Below are positions 1-13,059 of a stretch of 64,000 bases of DNA, in pieces. The stretch is from Octopus sinensis (taxonomy: Eukaryota): the NCBI RefSeq assembly GCF_006345805.1, contig NC_043004.1, positions 47,182,001 through 47,246,000 of the forward strand. Reading direction: 5' to 3'. A model generated the notes under the pieces. That model did no database searches. It saw only the letters and a list, made by a program, of their open reading frames with translations, and had not been told where the DNA came from. Position numbers and translations under genes: made by a program. Each line of letters begins with the position of its first letter. Within the stretch, counting starts at the first letter, position 1.

Positions 1-49
1 GCGTTTCAAGACCTTTGTTGTCATTTTAAAATATTATGTGGGTATTACC

Positions 50-92
50 TATTTCTTTAGTACCCACAAGGGACTAAAGAGAGAAAGGACAA
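50..92 (-). mobile_element. 3' tail fragment of tRNA-SINE family B
   Basis: TATTTCTTTAGTACCCACAAGGGACTAAAGAGAGAAAGGACAAAC is a diverged reverse complement of the tail of the copy at 5698-5928. Confidence 0.55.
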
Positions 93-108
93 ACCAGGAG
101 AGACAAAC

Positions 109-342
109 GTAAATTTGAAAAGTTAGTTCGTATAAACACGAGACAGGTAGCCTTGTTTGTCTCGTGTTGATATGTTTAAGACTAGGTTGGACCTGCTGCA
201 GAATATCAAACCATGTGAGTTCTCCATAACTCGCTAAAAGATGATGAGAAACCAATTTGTCCAGGAGACAAGATGGTAAATGTTTTTCATTTCCAAATTT
301 ATTCCTGACGAATTTTATCCCGAATTTTTTGTGGTTATAGAA
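109..342 (-). CDS. candidate exon of unknown gene (FYNHKKFGIK...TRLPVSCLYELTFQIY)
   Basis: 78 open codons in AT-rich DNA, TAG| before 342 and |GTTTGT after 109, phase 0-0; no homologue recognised. Confidence 0.25.
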
Positions 343-702
343 CTAAGCTGTTCTTTCTAATTCGTAGAATCCTTATAAGTGGATTCTCTATGTGTTTAAA
401 TATACACTGTATCGTATGACTAATATATAGTATTTTTGATTAAAATTTTTTTACGCGTTAGACCACTGGAAATGTAAATTTTAATTGAATGTTTTTAATT
501 TTAATTAAATTCCATTTCCTTTTTAATTGTGCAAGTGTGTATGTGTGTGTGTGTGTATTTCTATATATGTACATATTTATATGTATATGTGTGAGCATGT
601 GTATATATGTTCATATGTAAATGTATATGAGTGTAAGACTGTGTCCGATGCGCATGTGCGACTTTCATGACCCCTTCATTTATACAGATATGCATATGTG
701 CA

Positions 703-749
<47 letters not shown>

Positions 750-1240
750 ATAATAAATTTTAGGGTAGCAAAAAAAAAATTTAGAAAATTTCTCCGCTGC
801 CAGTGGTCTAGCGAGAAGGAAAGATAATCAATAGACTATATAATACACATTTAAACACATAAGAGATGACCATAATAGGACATGTGACTCACTAGAAAGG
901 GCAGTTAAACTCTAAACCACTAATAGTTGTCATTCTGAACGGAAAGGAAATAAAAACGTTTACCCTATCTTTCCATAGTCCAGGGAAAATAGGGTATATA
1001 TATATAAACACACACACGTGTGTGCATGTGTGTTTGGATATGTATGTATGTGTACGTACATGCACATATATGTTTGTGTGATTGCGTAAGTATGTAGACG
1101 TTGTGCACTTTGAAGGTTTTTTCTATTTAATGTGAGAATATTTGCCTATATTATTTTTTCTTTTTTTTCCTTTTTGCTATTTATCTACCTATTAGAGTAA
1201 CTTTCCTTTTATTTAACGGTTTTTCATAGCGTCAGTTGCC

Positions 1241-1303
1241 ATTAATAGCCGATGAGTGTGCATCGTAGGTCGTTCCGACATTCGAAACTCTGAGTGCTAT
1301 AAT
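1241..1303 (+). ncRNA. decayed type I hammerhead ribozyme relic
   Basis: ATTAATAG-CCGATGA-...-C GAAA CTC T GAG TG-CTATAAT; stems I and III recognisable, but U4->C and a GUG cleavage triplet. Confidence 0.45.
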
Positions 1304-1753
1304 GACAATCTGTTATTGTTTGTTCTAAATTATAACACATATACACAGAGACACACAGGCACACAAACACATATATGTGTATATGCGTACACTTATGCCT
1401 ACATAATGTTGGGCTGAATCTTGGACACCATAAAAAATGAAAAGCAGCTTTTGTCAAAGACGAAATAAACTCATGATTCCTAATGGCGATCCAAATACAT
1501 ACGTAGGCTTGCTGTGTATGCGTGTATTTACATCTCTATATAAATACATATAGCAGGATACTTTTAAGTTAAACCAATGCTGTCTGTAGTTCCTAATCAG
1601 TTATTTAATTTCGAATATTATCAAGTTCTCTGGTCTCTGAAAATTACCACCAAGATAGTGTAGTAGGAAATTCGCTTTAGTCACTGCAAGGGTTACAAAT
1701 TACCATGCGCTCAAAAAGACGTTAGCATAAATGTGTGTAACAGTGCAGATAAA

Positions 1754-1914
1754 GCGCAGTCGTGGCTCTGTGGTAAGTAGCTTACTTACCAACCACACGG
1801 TTTCGGGTTCAGTTCCACTACGTGGCACCTTGGGCAAGTTTCTTCTACTATAGCCTCGGGCCGACCAAAGCATTGTGAGTGGATTTGGTAGACGGAAACT
1901 GAATGAAGCCCGTC

Positions 1915-1982
<68 letters not shown>

Positions 1983-2235
1983 CATATATGTCTATATATA
2001 TATATATGTGTGTGTGTGTATGTTTGCGTGGCTGTGTGTGTGTGTATGTTTGTCCCCTCACCATCGCTTGACAACCGATGCTGGTGTCTTTTCGTCCCCG
2101 TAACTTCGCAGTTCAGCAGAGAGACCGTTATAATAAGTACTAGGCTTACAACGAATATGTTTTGGAGTCGAATTGTTCGACTAAAGGTGGTGCACCAGCA
2201 TGGCCGCAGTCACATAACCGGAACAAATAAAAGAA
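1754..2235 (+). mobile_element. tRNA-derived SINE family A, full length, internal (TA)n/(TG)n
   Basis: A-box-like TGGCTCTGTGGT, B-box-like GGTTCAGTTCC, CCTTGGGCAAGT core; matches 2541-2947, 22245-22690, 50611-51000, 54438-54850, 62117-62280. Confidence 0.9.
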
Positions 2236-2540
2236 TATATGCAAAAGTGTCTATATGTGTACACATATGTTTATGATGTCTTTCCTGTTTGGTCCTCTAT
2301 ACACGTTTACGTCTGGGGGAAAGTTTATACAGGTTTGAGTGCAATAGTGATGGTTTCTCTACAGCAATTATCACAGTAAAAGTCTAAACATTACAATTGA
2401 CCTAGCAACTGACTGGCAATTTATTCTCCCCGGAATGAAGAAACGAGAAGCCAAACACCACTGGCAATTGAACTCGGTATAAACCTTTTCCTACTTGGGC
2501 CTCTACAATGTTTGCGTGAGAGGAAATCTTATAGAGGTCT

Positions 2541-2947
2541 CTTTTACTCTGTTACTCTTTTACTTGTTTCAGTCATTTGACTGCGGCTATGCTGGAGCAC
2601 CACCTTTAATCGAGCAACTCGATCCCGGGACTTATTCTTTGTAAACCCAGTACTTATTCTATCGTTCTCTTTTGCCGAACCGCTAAGTGACGGGGACATA
2701 AACACACCAGCATCGGTTGTCACGCAATGCTAGAGGGACAAACACAGACACACAAACATACACGCACACATACATATATATACGACGGGCTTCTTTCAGT
2801 TTCCGTCTACCAATCCACTCACAAGGATTTGGTCGGCCCGAGGCTATAGTAGAAAACACCTGCCCAAGGTGCCACGCAGTGGGACTGAACCCAGAACCCT
2901 GTGGTTGGTGAGCGAGCTACTTACCACACAGCCACTCCTGCGCCTAT
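2541..2947 (-). mobile_element. SINE family A, full length
   Basis: reverse complement of 1754-2235 and 54438-54850; (TTACTCT)-type tail at left end. Confidence 0.9.
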
Positions 2948-3446
2948 TTGCAATATAGGCGCAGGATTGGCCTATATTTACAATATAGTCTGTTTGCAAT
3001 ATTGACGCTTCTCTCTGGCAATAATCAGAGTAAGGGACTAACCTAGCGTGTGACTGGCTCTTTCTTCTGTCCGGAATAAGAACAGGTGAAATTAACCCTG
3101 CTGGTGTTTGAACTCTTTATATAAGGAATGCGATAAATAGGTTTTTCCGACGCCGAAGTTATACTGCCAGCAAACAGCTGCTTTTGAGCTCACTAGAATA
3201 AGTGATTACTAATAGAATGCATTGTAAATATGAAGACCAAGTAAGTTCTGACATGATCTTTTGTCCTGTTCACCTAAGCTTGCTTCAACACATCAAACAA
3301 CACAGATATTAATATAATATATACTTTTGATTTTTATTCCCAGAAGCACAATTCTACCGGTTTTTATGCTTTGTCAGCCTAGGAGGCAATATCATTTGAA
3401 GTTACATATACATATATATATATTATATATATATATATATATATAC

Positions 3447-3527
<81 letters not shown>

Positions 3528-3859
3528 TATATATATATCTATAAATATGTATATATATATATATCTATATATATATAATATATATATATATAATATATAT
3601 AATATATATATATATATATAATATATATATATTTACACATAGACACACACACACACACACATATTATATATAAATGTATATAATTCAGTTGAACAGAAAC
3701 AATAAAGCTTTGCTTCATTGCTATGAACAATCGCATTCAGCCGTATTAAAGTCACTTGGTGCTGTATCGATCCAGTTGTTGCGTATTCACCTCCTTTAAT
3801 ATATTTATATATATATACCGACATATATATATATATATACATATATTTATATACATACA

Positions 3860-3915
<56 letters not shown>

Positions 3916-4049
3916 ACACATTCGTATGGATACGATATACGTTTAACCACTCACACACACACACACACACTCATACACACTCAGTCATACACACAAACAT
4001 ATGACACACACACATACATATATGTATGTGTGTATATATGTGTGGATTA

Positions 4050-4152
4050 GATTGATAGATAGATAGATATACAGATAGATAGATAGATGGATAGATAGAC
4101 ATATAGATAGAGAGATAAATAGATAGATCGATAGATAGATAGATAGATAGAC

Positions 4153-4246
<94 letters not shown>
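4050..4246. repeat. (GATA)n microsatellite
   Basis: direct reading. Confidence 0.95.
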
Positions 4247-4344
4247 ATTATATTTTTCATGTTAAGCAATACTAAATTATGAATCTATATATTTTAAATG
4301 GCGAAGATTGTGGGAATTAATTAATTAATATGAATTTATTATAG

Positions 4345-4368
4345 GCTCTACTGGGCCAGAGGAGCTAC
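4345..4368 (+). CDS. candidate 24-nt microexon
   Basis: TTTATTATAG|GCTCTACTGGGCCAGAGGAGCTAC|GTAAGTG; GC-rich island in AT-rich flank, open reading xSTGPEELx. Confidence 0.25.
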
Positions 4369-4519
4369 GTAAGTGTATAGTAGATTTATGTCTATCGTAG
4401 CACATGATACTGAAGTCGATATCGTCTTAAGTGTTTTAAATATCTTTCACCTTATCCTAATTAACGAATAGCTTCTGATATTTACATACATGTGAAGTCA
4501 CTTACCTTCGTATATTCGG

Positions 4520-4600
4520 CTCACAATTCCCGACAGCACCTTGAGGACTTGAGCAACACACTTTATTTCACGTCGCTCCAATCCACCCAGCTAGCAAAAA
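4520..4600 (+). mobile_element. SINE family C core fragment
   Basis: CTTGAGCAACACACTTTATTTCACGTCGCTCCAATCCACCCAGCT similar to 39240-39290. Confidence 0.7.
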
Positions 4601-5697
4601 TTATATATTTAAGGGAAAAAAGATATCACTTTTAGTAGACGAGATAGTATTATTACGGTAGGGCAATTTCTATACTATTTAACGTGTGTGTGTAATTTGG
4701 AAGCATGGTAATACCATAGCATTTACTCTGAGAAAGTCTCTCGTATTGGTAGAAGTGTTGTCTATAAAAAAAAAGATATACTGAAAGCAAAAGTGAAACG
4801 TCAAACACGTCCGTAATCGCGTAATCACATTTTGTCATGCTTTTCAACGCCAAGTAATATCCGTTTACACCGCGTGATAAGCAAATCTCTCTTCCACAAT
4901 ATATACATATCCATCGACTATACACAAACATACACACACAACACACAAACACATACACATATTTATACATATATGTTTGTATATGTCCATGCATATACAC
5001 ACGCAAACACATATGCGTGTTTGAGTAAGTGCATTATGTGTGTTTTCATTTCAGTGCAAGTATTTCTCCGTCTATTACTTTCTTTATTTGCAAAAGATTT
5101 CAAAAAGCTTTCAGTTTTATGCTTTAAGTTTTAAAATGTCGAAATCGGGAACTAAATATCCGATGTTCCCAACCTCTTCATTTTTCCTAACTTCTCCATT
5201 TTTCTATTTCTATTTAGCTTCCCTTTCTCTCTATTCTCCATTTTTCTCTTGTACGTTGCATACTTATAATTATTTTTGTAAGGGGGCATAATAATGTTTA
5301 AATAGTACCTAGTGCCCGAAGGTTAATGCACACTTGTTTCCCTGTAAGTATATATGTATGCTATTATTTGTTTGTCATCTTTATAGAACGTGAAGAATTC
5401 ATGCAGTTAAAAATCCATTCAGATTGACAGTACACATATAATGACTTTGCTGCAAAAAGTCTATTATTCAAGCTGGGATGCTATCCTTAAAATCCACAAC
5501 CTATAAATATCACAAATGAATTATAGAGATGAACTGAAAGTAAATATCGTGAGCAGAAGTGAACTAGATACACCAATATAAAATTATCTGTTAGCAAATA
5601 GATGTATGTTGTCATTAAATATGTACGTCTGTATTTAGGTATAAGTATTGGATATAAGTATTTGTGATTGATGTAATATATGTGTACATTGCTGTTA

Positions 5698-5928
5698 AAG
5701 CGGCGAGCTGGCAGAAACGTTAGCGCACCGGGCGATATGCTTAGCCGTATTTCGTCTGTCGTTACGTTCTGAGTTCAAATTCCGCCGAGGTCGACTTTGC
5801 CTTTCATCCTCTCGGGGTCGATAAATGAAGTGCTAGTTTGGCACTGGGGTCTATGTAATCGACTTAATCCATTTGTCTGTCCTTGTTTGTCCCCTCTATG
5901 TTTAGCCCCTTGTGGGTAGTAAAGAAAT
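5698..5928 (+). mobile_element. tRNA-derived SINE family B, full length
   Basis: GGCGAGCTGGCAGAAACGTTAGC head, GAGTTCAAATTCC B-box; inverted copy at 29251-29482. Confidence 0.9.
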
Positions 5929-8375
5929 ATATATATGTGTACACGTCTGTTTGTTTATATGCTACAATCTACTATGCATAATCAGGTATAACGATACTTG
6001 TTTGTCTAAATGTGTGCGTAGTTACATCAGCAAATATGTGTTTGAGTGAAATTTTACTGCGTTTCTCTATACGTACCGGGATCTGTAAGTAATGTTTCCT
6101 CTCCACCGTTTGTGTAAAGTACAGCGAAACCTCAAAATTTCCCACTTTGATATATTCAAGAATTTGGGGCATTTGTAGCATTTTCTACACTTTCAGAAGA
6201 ATTAAATAATTGCATTATTTTATTCCATCAGTAGTAATTAATAATTGCTACTCCCTTCAGAAGTATAGTCTCTCTTTCGTTAAGCCAAGAGCAAATGTAT
6301 ATACAAAATACATATACAAAATATTCACATAGGCATGCGTATAATTCTAGCAACACAGACTTGCTGGTAAAACAACGCAGAATCTTGCTCAAACAAGGAG
6401 ACACACATACATTCGAACACAGATGAAATAAACTTCAACGGATGCAAGCGTTTTACAGTTCTCTTAGGTTTGATACGATCATCAATAAAATAATAGTGTG
6501 CATGTATGTGTGTGCGTGTGTGTGTGACACAAGCGATAATAAGGAAAATATGAAAAACTAAAATTTTCATGATCAAGTATATAAGGCAAATCAACTTTAT
6601 TAAATACTGTGATTCGATTCTTTTTCTTAATTGTGATTTTGTTTCTTAAGCTTCTTTTATATAATTAAGTTTATTGTATTAGATTACTTCACTTTTGTTA
6701 TTTCTCTTTACTTATGAAAATTATTTAGCAGAAACATTACATGATTTTGTTACTTTTCTTATTAACAGCATGCTTTAACGCCTAAAATCTTATATGCTTA
6801 TTAAGATTATAAACGCAGTTATTTTCTAAAACAAAAATCCCCCCCGTCATTCTTATTATATTTATTTTTCGAAGTTTTCTTTTCTGAATTTTAACTTGGT
6901 TTTTGTGGTTTAGTTCAGAAAAAATATAGTGTATTTAAACTGAATAATCTCTTTCTATTAATTACATATCAGATCGTATTTTAGTAGCTAATTAAAATGT
7001 ATATTGAAATCCATAGTCATTTGAACTGTTACAATATGAAAAGTATGCATAACATTGTCATTTTTACTATCATGTTTATCTCATCCTATATTCTGAACTA
7101 AATAATCATATCTTCCAAACTCTATAAATATAGGTTTCCCATTTGAGTTCGATAACAATCTGAAATTTGTAGTTTATAATATGAGAACGGTATAAGATTG
7201 TATAATGTCATGAACTGTGTGTTTATTCCTCTGGAAGGATAGATGTGTAAACGTAAAAATTCCAGCTGAAAGCTATCAATATTATGAATGTTTTGATAGG
7301 TATCTTTTAGCAGCGGTTGTCATCAATAAAAAATAATTTTTCATTGAGTTGAGGGACATTTTCATTTCCTTATTTTCAGTACGTGTTCTCATGAGGTTTT
7401 CGACAATTTGTAATACAAAACAATAAAAAATTTTCTCAAATGATTTTTCTTTATATTTTTGGCGTTGAAGAAGTTTTAGCGAGATATTCGAAGAGAATCT
7501 TATTTAAATAATTGTAACTAGCCTTCACAGTAATCAAACAACTATCAATGTATTGATTATTCACTCCTCACGAACAGAGTGAAAGAAAATCTAGCGGGAT
7601 ATGAATATTTTCAAAAGAACTGATTCTTGTTTACTAAATAATTCGAATTATTCCTACAACTGTAGAGTAGTTCAGTCGGTGAATTCCAATCTTGTAAGCC
7701 GGTCTGTTGAAGTTATAATTTGTAAATTTTGCTAATGAAGTGACACCTAAACATATACATGCATTGACGTTTTATATGTAAGCTAATAGATAAGATGGCT
7801 ACTTCTTAAATATTTCTAAAATTAGGAATTTAATTATACTTAATTTGGAAAATATATTTACAAAACATTTAAAGTATGAATTTAGATTTGTGAGAGGGAT
7901 ATAAGCATATTAGGTGCTGTCTATCACACATGTCAATACAAATACTGTTTTATTTGCAGATATTATTTTGTGTTGCGAACGATATTCTCCATGAATACAT
8001 TAATGAGAAAATGCTAAGGGGGTAGTTGTTGCAAGAATTTTAAGAGAAATAAAATTTTCCAGATTGCAAGTCCACACTCGTATGATCACTCTCCATATTT
8101 AGGCATCATTACAGACACGTGCGCGCGCGCAGGGCCATGCTAAACCTGCACTCAATCAATTTTGCTTCTAGATAGAACTTGATTAGAAATCAACTAACTG
8201 CGTTTCTATATCTTTGAAATTCAACCACTCAAACGCATTTCATTTTGCAACAAAATTTTATTATTTCTTTTAAATTTCTTAATTGCTCAAATCTACAAGA
8301 AAAGTATTCACTGTGTTACATCTTTTAAAATTTGTATAAAGTATGCTGTGTATGAGACTGGAGTTGGTTACTTTA

Positions 8376-8477
8376 ACTATTTTTCACCCTCAAATTTGAA
8401 ACATTTAAATATGCTGAGTTTAGCCACTATTTTTCACCCTCAACGTTGAAACATTTAAATATGCTGAGTTTAGCCAC
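8376..8477. repeat. 50-bp tandem duplication (2 copies)
   Basis: ACTATTTTTCACCCTCAA(AT/CG)TTGAAACATTTAAATATGCTGAGTTTAGCC twice. Confidence 0.9.
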
Positions 8478-8608
8478 AAATTCTTGATCAATCTAAATGA
8501 TACAGCGATACATTATCCAGAATACTGCAGCTCTATTGTGGCTTATGAACTTATTTAGCTGTGGGAAAGCAACTTCATTTTTTTCTTATTTAAATAGAAC
8601 CTGATTTT

Positions 8609-8740
8609 ATATATTGTTATATTCCGGAATGGTCATTTTGCCAGTATAGCCAATAAAAACACACGCACTATATATTTGGTGTTATTTTGCTTCAGCACAT
8701 GACTTCACATAAAACAACTTGCACAACAAATATGTAAAGG
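8609..8740. mobile_element. fragment of the PLE-associated terminal repeat
   Basis: near-identical to 30704-30790, joined to sequence similar to 32245-32290. Confidence 0.7.
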
Positions 8741-9525
8741 TACTGATTTTATATAATCATTCATAAAGTATATTAACTAATTGACCACTTTTCAAACACT
8801 TCACAAACTCAAGCAAACCTCTGGAAAAAAGTTTGAAATGAACATAGATGTAACCTTGAATTTAGTTTCTACAGACACTAACAACTATGAGGAAGATAGC
8901 TTTCATCTTTGAAAACAATTTTGCATAATGTCCTGATATGTAACGCAATAGGAAAGGAAATAGCGATTGAGGAAATTCATTAATTTGATTTACAAACCGA
9001 ACTTTTCATGTGTGAGGCACCACTGTCATAGCCAAAACGTTTCTTTGCAAGTGAATTTGATTTTCATGAAAGATATTACTGACAAAATTGCTAATGCTTT
9101 TTTCGGGATATTTTTATGGCAAATTTTCTTAACATTCTCAAATCGTATCCGTAAAAACATAATGCAATGAAAGCTAGGCGTGCAGATGAAATGATATACG
9201 TGATGTAATCAAGACTAAAACGAAGTAGTTTTAACAATTGAAATGCCTTTCAATTTGAATTCGTGTTTAAATTTATTATCGTAATTTTCATTATTACTAT
9301 ATTACTGCTTGTTAGTATATAATGCACACCAATTATAATACACAACGTTTTATGAAAATTTGTATTTTTACCAATTATGCACATACAGCAAAGAGATTAA
9401 TTTACCATGATCAGCCATAATGTCTGGAGCACTAGAATTTAAATAAGTGTTGTGATCGAGACTGATCCTATTTAGGCTCTTGGTATCCCTGGTCATTATG
9501 GGGGCAGTCAATTCTTTCCTATTAC

Positions 9526-9676
9526 CGGCACGATATTGTGCAGTGATTAAGGAGAAAACTTTGCAGCCGCACGATTTCCTCTTCAGTCTCACTGCTGGGC
9601 CCCATTCGTTGAATGACATTTACTATAGCCTCAAGACGATTAAAAAAAACTTGCGAGCGAGATTGGTGGACATAGA
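9526..9676 (-). CDS. candidate exon (YVHQSRSQVFFNRLEAIVNVIQRMGPSSETEEEIVRLQSFLLNHCTISC)
   Basis: TGTTTCCACAG| acceptor, CG|GTAATA donor, 151 nt open, protein-like composition; no homologue recognised. Confidence 0.3.
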
Positions 9677-9849
9677 CTGTGGAAACATGTCGTGTATATA
9701 TATATATATATTGTGGCGCAGACGGACGTTTTCCAAATGGCTGTCACTCAGCCCCAGGGTAAGGGACATATATCTGACAGATACCATTCTGCTATGATGT
9801 CTTAGCTTTTTAGTTTATTTTCAGGTAAAGCCACGGCGCTGTAGACGAG

Positions 9850-10080
9850 AGTGCATCGCGTATTTCTCTCCAACAGTTACTTGAAGAATAATGTGTCTGT
9901 TACAGCTGTTCAGCGTGGGTTTCGGCGCCAGTTCAACGATCACGAAATCAAGCTGTTCCCACTCGTAACACAATCGTAAGTTAGGTGAATGCACATTGTA
10001 CACGGGGTACACTAATGAATGAGAGACTGGTGTGGGCGGTACAAACGGTACGAAACACGTCATACAACCTTTCAGCAATG
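9850..10080 (+). mobile_element. Tc1/mariner transposase N-terminal HTH relic (DUF4817-like)
   Basis: HRVFLSNSYLKNNVSVTAVQRGFRRQFN / RNQAVPTRNTI..VNA..RGTL with frameshifts and a stop. Confidence 0.7.
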
Positions 10081-10299
10081 CATCAACAAAAAGGGACACC
10101 ACATGCTAAATGTAGTTTTCTACACCTGATTTTGAGAAAATGCTAATTCAATACGAACACATTAATGTCAATAAAACTTGGTTGCAACTATAATTAATAA
10201 TTTTGTGAGTTCTTTGCAAAAACGTCCGTCTTCGTTGCTCCCTCTTATATATATATATATATATATAGACATGTGCTGTACATATATTATATATGTGTG

Positions 10300-10510
10300 T
10301 GCTTATCATTTTGTGTGAGTTTTCTTCCCCTACCAGATAATAAATGATGTTAATTTGTTTACATCATCTACCCTAGTGGTTCGGCAAAAAGTACCCACAC
10401 ATTAAGATATAATTAATAATATAATCTGTGGTCGATTTTTTCGACTAAGGCCCCTCGGGACGTCACCCCAGCATGACTGTAATCAAATGACTGAAACAAG
10501 ATAAAATGAA
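10300..10510 (+). mobile_element. degenerate 3' half of SINE family A
   Basis: GTGGTTCGGCAAAAA ... CCAGCATGACTGTAATCAAATGACTGAAACAAG tail. Confidence 0.65.
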
Positions 10511-11070
10511 ATCATACCTCTTTTGCATTGCAAGTTCCACCCACAAGGAGCGTTTCACACAAAATACTAAGAGCTTTATTACAATTATAGACAATATTAC
10601 AATTCAATGAGCTAACTTTTGCCCTACTTAATTTTTATGGTAGTTTGAGGGGATTTTTAAGAAACCGATGCCTCTGATATTCTGCTGAGGAAAGCTGAAT
10701 CGTGCACTTGTCAAATCGTGTTAGCCTGCATAGTCGGCCAATAAATTGTTAATTCGCTAACTTGTCAATAAAAAAAGTTACTTGTAACTATGAAATAAGT
10801 TGTAATATAAAGTGTTGCATCATTAGATAATAGCAAATGATTCAGATTAATTTCGGCAATTTTTAAAATGACGTGTCAAATACAGCGAGACTTTTATGAC
10901 AGGAAGAAAGCCCATTGCGTGTCACTTAAAAGCTTGATTATATCACAAGTGACATGACTGTCGACGTTTTGCCAATATTGATTTAATCACATATTATTTT
11001 CTTTCACTTCGTTCATAATAGTCTTATAATTTGTATTTAGTTCCTTATATATGTACAGCATGTACAGCAT

Positions 11071-11545
11071 GCAAACATCACATTCTGAGAGGCGTCTTCG
11101 GTGGCTAGGTCATGTCAGCCGAATGGATGCAGGACGGATTCCAAGGGACCTACTGTACGGATAGCTAGCGGAAGGCTCCAGAACAATGTGACGCCCCAAA
11201 CTGCACTTCAAGGATATCTTCAAGAAGGACCTACAGCTATGACAGATCAACACCCAAACATGAGAATCCGCCGCTGCCGACAGAGGTGCCTGGCGACACA
11301 GTGTCAAGCACGGTGCCATGACAGCAGAGACCCTGAGGACCACTACTGCCAAACTAAAGAGAACCAGGCGAAAGGAGCAACAGCAGCAACCACATCTCTC
11401 ATCCCCTTTCACTTGCACCAGATGTGGTAGAGACTGACACTCAGTGATTGGTCTGCACAGCCACACCAGGACGTGCAGATAAACCCACCACCTTTTCCGA
11501 GCTACACCATCGTCTCTCGAGACGGATGGATGCCGAGGAGAAGAT
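11071..11545 (+). mobile_element. RTE-clade LINE 3' end, 5'-truncated
   Basis: ERRLRWLGHVSRMDAGRIPRDLLYG...RPKLHFKD...DRGAWR...FTCTRCGRD.HSVIGLHSH (terminal C2H2), several stops. Confidence 0.9.
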
Positions 11546-11550
11546 ATGTG

Positions 11551-11760
11551 TGTAACACCTGGCGTATTGTGATACTAATGTATGCAGAGCGGTGGAATGG
11601 TAGAAAAAGTGAACTGGAGAACAAACTAACTTGCATTGTATAATTGCATTCCGTAATGCTCCTTGTTCACATCTTACGCTATCAACTTCAAGTTCCATAT
11701 TATAAGAAAGTGAAGTATTCATGTTTTCTCCTTAATACAATGGGTTATGCGGTTGTTACA
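11551..11760. mobile_element. possible solo LTR
   Basis: 210 bp bounded by TGTAAC...GTTACA; no TSD seen. Confidence 0.3.
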
Positions 11761-13059
11761 TTCTTAAATACTGTACTTGGGTGTTTTTGCTTTCACTGCA
11801 TTATCAAGCGATTATTCATCAATCTATCAATCCATCCTCTCTCGCCCTCTCTTCCTCTCTCTTTCTCTCTTTCCTTCTGTCTCTCTCTCTCCCCATATAA
11901 ACTTATATATAGCGAGAGAGACAGATAGAGAGATATACAGACAAAGACAGACAGTGATACACATAAAATCTCGCATATATTAGTTATACCAAAGGTTAAT
12001 GCCCTTGTTTCAAGGACACACTCAGACATCATAGAACACATCGTTTACTAGGAGATAAAGGATGCGCTTGCATTTAATAAATCAACCTAAATTTATTGTC
12101 CAAATGTTAATGTTGATACGCGCCATATGTGTATACGCTGTATTTGATAGTCTATGATATTCAGGGATTTAATGAACTTAATATTCAGCATTGCATGCTT
12201 TATGAATTCCGTAAGAGCAACAGTGCAATGCATGTAATGGAAACAGCATACATACTGTATATCCTGATTGTGTGAGTAATAGAAAATTACGGATGAAAAA
12301 AATTCGAAAATGGTGGTTTCTATTTTTTGAATTGGTATCGATTAGGGGAAAATTCTATGTTCAATAAAGACTCACTGAAAATTACAATTGACTAGAATCC
12401 AGGGTGAAGAAATCGGAGACATATTCAAGATGTCCACTGTGTAATATTAGCAGAGTAGGCTTATAAATTATATGGAGAAGGGAAGTCGGAACCTAAACCT
12501 GCAACTCCACATCCAGCGTGGATAACAAAAGAAAAGAAATAATACATTATCTTGGGGAACTCGAACACACTCTCATTATTTTCTCAGAGTTACCACTATC
12601 AGATTTTCTCTTATTTAGGTGAATTAAACAGTTTACTAGGGGCTAAAGAATATTAACGAAGCGGCAATGCTGAAACACCATTCCAAAAGATTTTCTCTTG
12701 CAGAGAATCTAATAATTTTGCTCAAGGAATAAAAAAGAAATCATTTCGAGCCGTGTATATCTTATTGCTAACGGCAGCGATAATATTTTCAATGAAAGTG
12801 TATATTAACCTCATATTTTATGTTGCTTCGTAATTATTCCCTGATTGCCATCATTCGTAATCATTCCGTGTAGCTACATATATGTCTGGTTATTTATGTA
12901 TATATATATATATATTATATATATATATATAGATAGATTATATAGTACATATGCACATATTTACTCATGCGAGACATGCATATACGTAAGTATGAAAGTA
13001 GTGTACGTGTTTGTATATACATAGATATCTGTATGAATGCTTGTATATATCTATTATCC

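Noticed and set aside
4506-4592. Apparent - strand exon with a strong GAAG|GTAAGT donor
   Set aside because: The body is the antisense of a SINE-C fragment; at most exonisation potential
4653-6594. Protein-looking - strand ORFs (4653-5012, 5972-6181, 6325-6594)
   Set aside because: No recognisable domain, weak or inconsistent splice sites, and lengths expected by chance
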